A stretch of DNA of 64,000 bases from an uncultured bacterium. GTDB taxonomy: Bacteria > Margulisbacteria > WOR-1 > CAVSGV01. The stretch is from NCBI GenBank assembly GCA_963768305.1, contig CAVYHE010000008.1, forward strand, positions 129,576 through 193,575. Direction: 5' to 3'. Below are positions 48,160 through 57,000 of the stretch, piece after piece (the first letter of the stretch is position 1; each line of letters opens with the position of its first letter). Made by a program: the position numbers and the translations under genes. The notes under the pieces are model-generated. The model was given only the letters and a program-made list of their open reading frames with translations, searched no databases and was not told the DNA's origin.

Positions 48160-50235
48160 ATGCTTCAAATGGGAGTTACCTTCTACCCCGACCAATGGCC
48201 GAAAGACTACTGGAATAAGGCTTTTTCGGACATCGCAGCGTCCGGGTTCAAGATAGTCCGCTTCGGGGAAATGGCATGGAACTGGATGGAACCCTCCGAT
48301 GGAAAGTTCTCATTTGAAGATCTGGACGAAGCCATGGGCCTGGCGGCAAAATTCGGACTCAAAGTGCTCCTCGGCATTCCCACTTCCCAGGCGCCGACCT
48401 GGCTGATAAAAAAACATCCCGAAATACGCCCCGTCGCGGACGACGGGACCATCTATCCGGAATACGGCCCAAGGCCGAACCTGTGCAGGGATTCAGCGAT
48501 CTATCAAAGATACGCCAAAAGGTTGATAGAGAACCTTGTTAAAAGATTTTCAAAACATCCGGCGCTGTACATGTGGCAGCTGGATAATGAGCCGACCTAC
48601 GCGCCGCTTGATTCGACGACACAGAAAGATTTCTGCCACTGCAAAGCCACCGCAACGGAATTCAGTAAATGGGCGAAAGAAGAATATGAAACTCTTGAGA
48701 AACTTAATGAAAAGTGGGGAACAAAATTCTGGACGGTGGAATTCTTCTCTTTCCGCGATATTACCCCGCCGAGATGCGGCATGTGGGACGCGGGAAACCC
48801 GCATATTTTCCTTGACTGGTTCAGGTTCAAGAGCGAAAAGCTCCAGCAATTCCTTTCCTGGGGATCGTCGATAGTGAAAAAGACCGATACCGAACATAAA
48901 GTTGGGACGAACGGATTCATCGGCATATGTTCCAGGGTCCCCGACCACGATGTCCTTGCAGCTGATATGGACTGGTACGGGTTGGATATTTATCCGCGGG
49001 GCAACAGAGCTTCATCTATGGATGTGGCAAGGATACTTGATTTGTGGAGAGGCTTTGTCAGCGAGAGGAACTGCGAGTTCCACGTGACGGAACTGCAGGG
49101 CGGGCAGAATGTGCGCTGGGGCTACCCCGGCCCGGTGGAGGGAAGAGACATACGCCTTTGGACGCACCAGACCATCGCGCACGGCGCGAAGACCGTTCTT
49201 TATCATGCGTGGAGAACCCCCCTTTTCGGCTCTGAAACCGGCGGATTTGGCATCCTCAAATTGAACGGCGAAAGATCAGAGCGGCTGGAGAAGATCGAAG
49301 AAGCGATAAAAGAAGTGGATAAGATCTCGTACGCGGTCGACAAATGCAAGCCGATCTCAAAGGTCGCCATAGCATTCCTGAAAAGCAGTGAGATCGAAAC
49401 TTATGAGGAACAGGGCCCGACAAGGAGCATTTCCGGCCAGTGGATGGATGTCAGGTCCGATATAGGGCTGACCCACGGGCTGATGTCCATTGAAGGAGCC
49501 CACAGGTCACTGTGGAACTATCATAATCCAGTTTCTTTCATATTTGAAAGGCAGCTTGAATCCGGAAAGACGCTCCCGCATGAAGCCATACTTCTGCCGA
49601 ATCCTTATATATTGCAAGAGAATTCGGAAAAACTATTAAGAAAATTCATTTTTGACGGCGGGATACTGATCACGGAAGCCAGGTTCGGCCTCAAGAACGG
49701 GAACGGCCATCTTTACGAACGGCCGCTAATGGAAGACCTTGTCGGAGTCAAATATGATCACACTGAGGTCATCGATAAAGAAGTTAATATCCCCGTTTTG
49801 AATGCCGTTGCCGTAGGGTTCCGGGACATGATCGATGCCGAGGACAACACGGTCATGGCAAAGTTTGAGGACGGACATCCGGCATTGATAGAAAAAAAGA
49901 TAGGAAAAGGCAGGGTTTATTACGCCACTTTCAGCCTTTTCATGTCGATACTTAAGGACGGGAACAAAAAGCTTGTCGATCTTATCAGAGAACGGATCCC
50001 CGAGCCGGAATTCAGGATCATCAACGCGGATCAGGTGGAAATGTCCGTCCTGGACGGCGAAAAATCCGTGCTGTACCTCATCAATCATTCGAATGTCATT
50101 CAGGCGCCAACGATCAAATTGCCTAAAAAATTCAAAAGCGCTAAAGATATTTTGAACGGCGGAAGTTATTCTTTCGACGGCTCCATTTCCCTGGAAATGA
50201 AAGGTTCGGAAGTAAAGGTCCTGGCATTGGATTAG
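48160..50235 (+). CDS. beta-galactosidase, glycoside hydrolase family 42
   Basis: GVTFYPDQWPKDYW...IVRFGEMAWNWMEPSDGKFSF is a typical GH42 N-terminus. Length ~690 aa. Confidence 0.8.
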   Translation: MLQMGVTFYPDQWPKDYWNKAFSDIAASGFKIVRFGEMAWNWMEPSDGKFSFEDLDEAMGLAAKFGLKVLLGIPTSQAPTWLIKKHPEIRPVADDGTIYPEYGPRPNLCRDSAIYQRYAKRLIENLVKRFSKHPALYMWQLDNEPTYAPLDSTTQKDFCHCKATATEFSKWAKEEYETLEKLNEKWGTKFWTVEFFSFRDITPPRCGMWDAGNPHIFLDWFRFKSEKLQQFLSWGSSIVKKTDTEHKVGTNGFIGICSRVPDHDVLAADMDWYGLDIYPRGNRASSMDVARILDLWRGFVSERNCEFHVTELQGGQNVRWGYPGPVEGRDIRLWTHQTIAHGAKTVLYHAWRTPLFGSETGGFGILKLNGERSERLEKIEEAIKEVDKISYAVDKCKPISKVAIAFLKSSEIETYEEQGPTRSISGQWMDVRSDIGLTHGLMSIEGAHRSLWNYHNPVSFIFERQLESGKTLPHEAILLPNPYILQENSEKLLRKFIFDGGILITEARFGLKNGNGHLYERPLMEDLVGVKYDHTEVIDKEVNIPVLNAVAVGFRDMIDAEDNTVMAKFEDGHPALIEKKIGKGRVYYATFSLFMSILKDGNKKLVDLIRERIPEPEFRIINADQVEMSVLDGEKSVLYLINHSNVIQAPTIKLPKKFKSAKDILNGGSYSFDGSISLEMKGSEVKVLALD

Positions 50236-50248
50236 AAAGGGGAATTTA

Positions 50249-52603
50249 GTGAAATACGGATATTTTGACAACAAGGAAAAGGAGTACGTGATAACCCGCC
50301 CCGATACCCCGCTTCCGTGGATAAATTACCTCGGCTGCGAGGATTACTGCGCCCTGATGTCGAACACGGCCGGGGGATACAGTTTTTACAGGGACGCGAA
50401 AGAGAGGCGCATCACCCGCTACAGGTATAACAATATACCCATGGACAGGGGCGGAAGATACCTATACGTCAGGGACAATAAGTCAAAGGATTATTGGTCC
50501 GTTTCCTGGCAGCCTGTCCTGAAAGACACATCAAAATATAAATATGAATGCCGGCACGGCCTCGGCTACACTCAGATCACTTCTGTTTATTCGGGGATAA
50601 GGACAAAGACGACATATTTTGTTCCGCTGGGAGAAGACCTGGAAGTCTGGATGACGGAAATAAAGAACGAAACAAAGAAGGCAAGGAACATAACGGTGAC
50701 ATCGTTCGTGGAATTCTGCCTGTGGGACGCGCTTAACGACATGACCGATTATCAGTACAACCTGAACATAGGCGAGACCGTATTCAAGGATAACATCGTT
50801 TACCATCTATCGCGCTACAGGGTTGAGAAAAAATATTTCGCCTATCACGCATGCACGAACGCGAAAGCCGACAGCTTTGACAGCGACAGGACGGCCTTCC
50901 TTGGAAATTACGGCTCCCTCGCCTGCCCTGCCGCTGTTATAAGAGGCAAAGGTTCGAATTCTATAGCCAGCGGATGGGCGCCGATCGGAAGCGAATTCAT
51001 CAATGTAAAGCTGAAGCCCGGGGAATCAAAGACGCTTATTTTTATTCTTGGCTACAGCGAAAAAAAAGATGATATTCCCCGCATCATGAAAAAGTTCAAG
51101 AATGAATCTTCCATATTGGCCGAGTTGACCTCGCTTAAGAAATACTGGAACGAAAACCTGAGCAAATTCACAGCTGATACGGAAGATCCCGATGTCAACT
51201 CGATGGTGAACATCTGGAACCAGTATCAGGCGCGCACCACTTTCAATTGGTCGCGCTCCGCGTCGTATTATGAATCGGGCATCGGCAGAGGCATGGGATT
51301 CCGTGATTCAAATCAGGACACTCTGGGCTTTGTCCATCAAATACCGGAAAAAGTAAAATCAAGGATCGTGGACCTGGCAAGCACGCAGTTCGATGAAGGG
51401 AACGCCCTGCATCAATATTCCCCGCTGACAAAGAAAGCGATAAGCAACGAGAAGAATTACAGCGACGACCACCTGTGGTTGATATTTTCCGTCGCGAGCT
51501 ATATCAAGGAAACCGGCGAGATCGATTTTCTCGATAAGCAGGTGCCGTTCGCAAGCGGGAAGGAAGCGCCGTTATACGAGCACCTGGCAAAAGCAATGGA
51601 TTACACGATGAACAACCTGGGCCCTCACGGGCTTCCATTGATGTTCTTCGCGGACTGGAACGACTGCCTTAATCTGGGCGGGAGCAAGAACAAGGCGGAA
51701 TCCGTAATGGTGGCGCAAATGCTGGTAGCCGCAGCGGCTGAGATGTCTCGGCTTGCCAAAATATCAGGCAGAAAAGAGGACATTGCGAAATATTCCGCCA
51801 TCGCTGAAAAGATGAAAGCATCGATCAACCAGCGGGCATGGGACGGCAGCTGGTACCTGAGGGGTTTCACCGATGACATGGAACCGGTGGGCTCTTCCAA
51901 GAACAAGGAAGGCCAGATATACCTGGAAACGCAGCCGTGGGCGGTAATATCCGGCTCTGCCGATATGGAGCGGGCGAAAAAATGCATGGATTCGGTGAAG
52001 AAATATCTTGCGACGGATTACGGGATAATGATATTGACGCCGCCGTATTCGCAGTTCCATCACGAGCTTGGCTCCATTTCCATATATCCTCCGGGGCTGA
52101 AAGAGAACGGCGCGATATTCTGCCATCCGAACCCATGGGCGATGATAGCGGAGTGCATCCTTGGGCGCGGGAACCAGGCGTTCGAATATTACAAGGCGAT
52201 ACTTCCGGCAACAAAGAACAACATTCCCGATATTCACAAGGTGGAACCGTACATTTACTGCCAGATGATAGCGGGAAGCGACCACAAGAATTTTGGCGAA
52301 GGAAAGAACAGCTGGCTGACGGGGACAGCTGCGTGGAATTTTGTCGCCGTATCTCAGTGGATCCTCGGCATCCGCCCTGATCACGACGGGCTGATATTGG
52401 ATCCCTGCATTCCTTCAAAATGGAAAGGATTTTCGGTAAGGCGATACTTCAGGGGAAGCCATTATTTCATAACCGTGAGGAACCCAAAGCATGTTTCAAA
52501 AGGCGTCGCGAAAATGACGATCGACGGAAAACCGCATCAGGGGAACCTTATTCCTGACTTCAAGGATAAAAAGGACCACAACGTGGAAATAGAGCTTGGG
52601 TGA
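50249..52603 (+). CDS. GH94 glycoside phosphorylase (cellobiose/chitobiose phosphorylase family)
   Basis: MKYGYFDNKEKEYVITRPDTPLPWINYLG, RGMGFRDSNQDTLG and FADWNDCLN motifs. Confidence 0.85.
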   Translation: MKYGYFDNKEKEYVITRPDTPLPWINYLGCEDYCALMSNTAGGYSFYRDAKERRITRYRYNNIPMDRGGRYLYVRDNKSKDYWSVSWQPVLKDTSKYKYECRHGLGYTQITSVYSGIRTKTTYFVPLGEDLEVWMTEIKNETKKARNITVTSFVEFCLWDALNDMTDYQYNLNIGETVFKDNIVYHLSRYRVEKKYFAYHACTNAKADSFDSDRTAFLGNYGSLACPAAVIRGKGSNSIASGWAPIGSEFINVKLKPGESKTLIFILGYSEKKDDIPRIMKKFKNESSILAELTSLKKYWNENLSKFTADTEDPDVNSMVNIWNQYQARTTFNWSRSASYYESGIGRGMGFRDSNQDTLGFVHQIPEKVKSRIVDLASTQFDEGNALHQYSPLTKKAISNEKNYSDDHLWLIFSVASYIKETGEIDFLDKQVPFASGKEAPLYEHLAKAMDYTMNNLGPHGLPLMFFADWNDCLNLGGSKNKAESVMVAQMLVAAAAEMSRLAKISGRKEDIAKYSAIAEKMKASINQRAWDGSWYLRGFTDDMEPVGSSKNKEGQIYLETQPWAVISGSADMERAKKCMDSVKKYLATDYGIMILTPPYSQFHHELGSISIYPPGLKENGAIFCHPNPWAMIAECILGRGNQAFEYYKAILPATKNNIPDIHKVEPYIYCQMIAGSDHKNFGEGKNSWLTGTAAWNFVAVSQWILGIRPDHDGLILDPCIPSKWKGFSVRRYFRGSHYFITVRNPKHVSKGVAKMTIDGKPHQGNLIPDFKDKKDHNVEIELG

Positions 52604-52645
52604 TTAAACCCTAAGTTATCAGTTATGAGTTAAGAGTTGTGAGTT

Positions 52646-53509
52646 CTATGCCCCTAATTTCGTTGTTATCGCTGCCCCGAAACCGATGGTCAGCACAAGC
52701 ATTTTAACTATCGGACCTACGATAGGAATAATGTCGATAAGGAAGAGGATGAATATCCCCCAAATGGCTTCAATAAGCATAGGCTGATTGGGCTTCTTCA
52801 GCGCCTTGGTTACCTTCTTTCCGATCAGCTGGGCAACGGCGATATATCCGAGTGTCATGGCTATTGAGATAAGCAGCATTTCAATGAATATGAGCGGTAT
52901 GCCGATCAATGTTATCGCCAGAAGAAGCGCGACCGGAAGAATGAGGATCAGGCCGAGTATCCCCCATAAAAGCGCATTGAGCCAATTCCTCTCCACGCAG
53001 GATGAAATATTCCCGACCCGTGCGGTAAAGAAAGCGATCGTGAGCATCGCCAGTCCGATGAAGCCGATCGTTATGATCACCTTGAAGAAAAGGATCCCCG
53101 AAAAACACATCCACAAATACGAGCCGACCAGATTATCCATTTCGCCTGCCTCCTTCGTCATATTACCTTCTTTACTTACAAGCGCGATCATGTTCGTTCT
53201 GCCGGCTATTACCGCGCCCCTGTCCTTTATTATCCTGCCGCCGATGGCAGCAACATTGCCGCCGACTTTCGCGGTCGGGAAAAGATGGACATCCCCGAGG
53301 ACGGCCACGACATCGCCGTTCACGTTCCCCTTTACGTTGACATTGCCTCTTATCGCGACAAGGTCATTTAGGGTCATGCCCTGCCCCATGTTTATGTTCT
53401 CGTTGACCTTTACGACGGACGACTCTTTTGCGATGACTTTCGCATGTACAGCCGAAGCAGTGGAGATGAAAATGAACGCGGCAAGCACCAGAACAAAGAA
53501 TTTCTTCAT
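52646..53509 (-). CDS. membrane protein with bactofilin-like beta-helix repeats fused to a polytopic TM domain
   Basis: Signal peptide, then GNVNVKGNVNGDVVAVLGDVHLFPTAKVGGNVAAIGGRII repeats, then about five hydrophobic helices. Confidence 0.5.
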   Translation of the reverse strand: MKKFFVLVLAAFIFISTASAVHAKVIAKESSVVKVNENINMGQGMTLNDLVAIRGNVNVKGNVNGDVVAVLGDVHLFPTAKVGGNVAAIGGRIIKDRGAVIAGRTNMIALVSKEGNMTKEAGEMDNLVGSYLWMCFSGILFFKVIITIGFIGLAMLTIAFFTARVGNISSCVERNWLNALLWGILGLILILPVALLLAITLIGIPLIFIEMLLISIAMTLGYIAVAQLIGKKVTKALKKPNQPMLIEAIWGIFILFLIDIIPIVGPIVKMLVLTIGFGAAITTKLGA

Positions 53510-53585
53510 CTGTTTTCCCCCTCTTTCTTTCCCCTCAAAAAAACAAGAAGATTATATGCCTGACAAGGATTATTTCAAGCGGATT

Positions 53586-53825
53586 TTATCTTCTTTTACG
53601 CCTTGACCTGCCAAGCCAGTGCCTTGTGATGCTTATTTCCGTCTCTTCAGAAGACTTGAAGACCGCCGTCAGCATGAGTTCCAGCCCGATTATGATGACA
53701 AAGATAGGCCAGATATATTTCCACGAGGAGCCGGATATTATTTCGAGCGACTGAAGCATTAGGACCACGCCCGCCAATAGAACGGTGATCCCCCAGACGA
53801 ACCTGCGTATTGATGTCGGCGTCAT
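53586..53825 (-). CDS. small membrane protein (LiaF/DUF5668-like TM pair)
   Basis: Two TM helices and a basic C-terminus. GAGGGGGG RBS. Confidence 0.5.
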   Translation of the reverse strand: MTPTSIRRFVWGITVLLAGVVLMLQSLEIISGSSWKYIWPIFVIIIGLELMLTAVFKSSEETEISITRHWLGRSRRKRR

Positions 53826-53880
53826 TACAGCACCCCCCTCTTAGGCCACATATGATAACACAAAAATCTTAAAAGAAAAT

Positions 53881-53909
53881 GTGAAATTTTCGCTGAAAAG
53901 TATCGATAA
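53881..53909 (+). promoter_or_regulatory. GTGAAAT-N16-CGATAA motif copy with no downstream ORF
   Basis: GTGAAAT at 53881-53887, 16-nt spacer, CGATAA at 53904-53909. Confidence 0.5.
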
Positions 53910-53915
53910 ATAGGT

Positions 53916-54046
53916 AGCTAGAAACAGATGATCGACCCGCGAGCACCCGGGGTTGGTTCAATGTTCTAGTCTTTTATAAGCCCGTTGGAGACTCAAGCGC
54001 TCCCCTCTATTTCCTCAATGCTTGATATCCTCGGGCTTATTTTTTT
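53916..54046 (+). ncRNA. candidate ~130-nt small RNA (promoter motif to T-tract hairpin)
   Basis: No SD-preceded ORF (only a 13-codon ATG frame). Nested stems CTAGAA(A)C/GTTCTAG, CCCG/CGGG and GGAG/CTCC, with outer AAGCCCG (53978-53984)/CGGGCTT (54032-54038) followed by T7 (54040-54046) on the plus strand only. Confidence 0.35.
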
Positions 54047-54097
54047 GGGGGGGAGTAAAGGCAAAGGTTCTAAATCAAGGATTTACAGATATCTTCT

Positions 54098-57000
54098 TTA
54101 TTTGGCGAGCGGATCCAATTTATCTTTGTTCATTCGGGCCTTGGTCAATTGCGTACCGACGCTGACATTGTCAAAAGTGGTTTTTTTGAACATGAAATTG
54201 ATCAATTCATCCGACACCTCGATATTATCCGGGTTCTTTTCATCTGCCTTCAAGCTTGCGAATGCCTTATAGCCCTCTCCAAAAGAGCCGTCTTTTTCAT
54301 GCCTGTTCTTCACGATATACTGGATGTACCTGAAATTCTCGACCCCTTGCGCTTTTATCCATTTTATCAGGAACTCCTTGAAGTTTTTCTTGAGATCCGG
54401 AGTGAACTGGTCTGCCGCAGGCCGCGGATTTAATCCTTTCTCATTTCCAAGTAAATAGGGATCTATTGCCAATGCCGTCCCGAACAAGCCGCGTCCGAGT
54501 TCCTCAAAGACCGTATTCTCCATCTTTTCGTCATCTTGCATCACTTGATCTATGTATTTACCCGGGACCATGGCATCCATGAACGGGGACACAAGGGCAT
54601 CCGAAACTACAAGCCCGTATTTGGCGGCGCCGTTGGTCTTGACCGCTTCTTTCCACTCTTCCTTTGCTCTTGCTATGACAGATCTCATGTATGGGTCCAA
54701 GATCGCAGCTTCTGCCCCGCCAAGAGTGAGTTCGGAACCAAAAGCCGCCCACCCGACAAAAGGTATTGCCTTGCTCCCGACCTTTCCTATCGCCTTACTG
54801 CCGAGTTCCGCGGCCAATTTGGAGAATACCTTGACCCCAAGCCGCTTTAAAATGATCTTATTGCAGCCCACGGCAATATCTGGCGCCATGAACGCGGCAA
54901 ACTCGCCCCAGTTCCTAAGCTTTTCATTCTTCACTCCCAGCACATCCATGAGGACTCTCCAGCCGGAAGCCGTAAGTTTCCCGTAGCCGAAACCGCGCGT
55001 GGTTTCGACAAGATCATAACCTACTTTCGGGATCGTTCTCAAGGCTTTCAAGGCCGTCATCCCTTCCTTCAAGGTTTTCAGGGATTGGAGCCCGCCTTTA
55101 ATGCCCTGGCTCTTGAGGAGCATGTATGAGCGAATAACTCCGCTATTTACATATCGAGAACCAAGGATCGTAATTGAGAAATTTAATGACGGGTTCATGT
55201 CCGGCCATATGTAATTAAGCAGGGCGCTTATTCCCACCATCGAGATCATTCCGCCGGCAAACTGAGTGAAACTGACCCCGCCGCCCTTAACAATATACTT
55301 GTCTAATTTCGCTTTTATTTCGGTTGCTTTTCCGACAGGCTCCCCTATCAGTTTCGCGAATTCCCTGTTAGACATTTTCTTTATTCCTGTCTGAAGTTTT
55401 GTGCCGATCTCGTTGAACTTTTCCGTATCCAGGCCCTGCATATCCTTGAATATCTCGTTCCCGAGCTTCTCGCCGTATTCCTGAACAAGCAGCGGCCTTA
55501 ATTCTTCGGAGATCCTCATCCTTTCATTTGTTTCGAGCTCTTTTTTCAATAATGCAGGATCCTCATTTGCCTGATGAATATTTATTCCGCCGAGCAGGGT
55601 GGTCGGATATATGCGTTTCTCCAGCAACATGACTTCATGGGAATTTGGCTTATATTTTTTCAGTCCAGCCAGGACGTTCCGGGCGCTTCCATCCAATCCG
55701 CCTGCGAATTCGATCAACCTTGCGGGCTCCCTGTCGAGGACATTCTCGGCAAGGTCTAACAGGAACCGGTCTTTCTGCCCGTTCAGGTGTAACCCGTTTA
55801 TTTCATTAAGTATCTTGGCAATGTCTTCTCCCTGTAAAATACGCGCCATATAAGCGGAAATATCCGGCGTTGCCGCAAGTTTAGCAATCTTAGCTTTTAC
55901 GTCGGCTTTACTTATCTTTCCCAGCAGGCCGCGGTTGTCCCTCGCTTTCCGGGCCAAAATTCCCAGGAAGCGGAAACAAACCTGGTATCGGGATTTTTCT
56001 ATGTTCAATATTCCAGATGTTTTTACTTTGGTCTCTTCTGATACACCCATTTTGGCGGCAGTAAAGGCGCCCGGAAAGACCTCGTTCCCTATAACGATCT
56101 CTCTGACAGCCCTATGCTCCATCCCCTGAAAAACATTGATCCTCTCAACCAATAGGTCGAGGAGCTCATCCTTGGTTATTGTGCGTCCAATATCCTGAGG
56201 GACCTTGAATCCGCACTTGATCCCGAATAAATTGCAAAGTTTCCCGACCCTGTTATTTATCTCCCCTTTGGAATTAAGCAAAGATATTTCATAGTCCATG
56301 TTGGCGAATACTATTTCAAAAAGCGCGCGGTTGACCCCTTTTTGCCACTTAATATATTCCGCTTTGCTGGTCCGTGCCTGATCATTATCAGTGGCTGACA
56401 AAACTTGTATTTTCTGATAGGTGTCTGCGCCGGCCCCATTTCCCGATCTTTGAACATTTTCAGCATAACGGGCCGCCGCGCCGTCACCCCCTGTCCTCTC
56501 GCTCTTTTTAAAACTCTTTTGGGTATCTTTGTCAAAATTACCGGCGATCTCTTTCAATAGTGCGACCTTGTCATTGAAATTGCGCCTAGCAGCCCTTCCG
56601 ATGATCGGCACTCGTTCGTCAAACTGTGCATTCCAGAGATGAAATTTTTGCAGTATAGGCGACTGCATGAACCCGAGGCCCACGATGTTTTTCCAGCAGA
56701 AATGATACGCCGTATCAACAAATATGAATCTGGCGCATCTTTTTAAGGTCTTTTCCGATGTATCGTACTTTTTTAAAGACTCTAGCCATCTTGCTGACCC
56801 TGCTGCCTTTATCTCTTCAGCTGAAAGAGGCTCTTTCCCCCATTTCGGATCCCAATCTCCGCCCAGGACCTCGAGCCCTTTTTGAGCTTTTTCTAGAGTG
56901 AAATCATAAATATTAAGTATGGTATCAACTAAACGATGCTCTTCCACCCATGCGGCTCTATCTTCAGATGATTTCCAAGCATTTATTGCCGGTTTTACTG

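Noticed and set aside
53985-54272. A 95-aa plus-strand ORF downstream of the motif copy at 53881.
   Set aside because: It has a TTG start with no RBS. It begins inside the hairpin/terminator region and mostly overlaps the 3' end of the giant gene on the other strand. The sRNA interpretation fits the promoter-to-T-tract geometry better.
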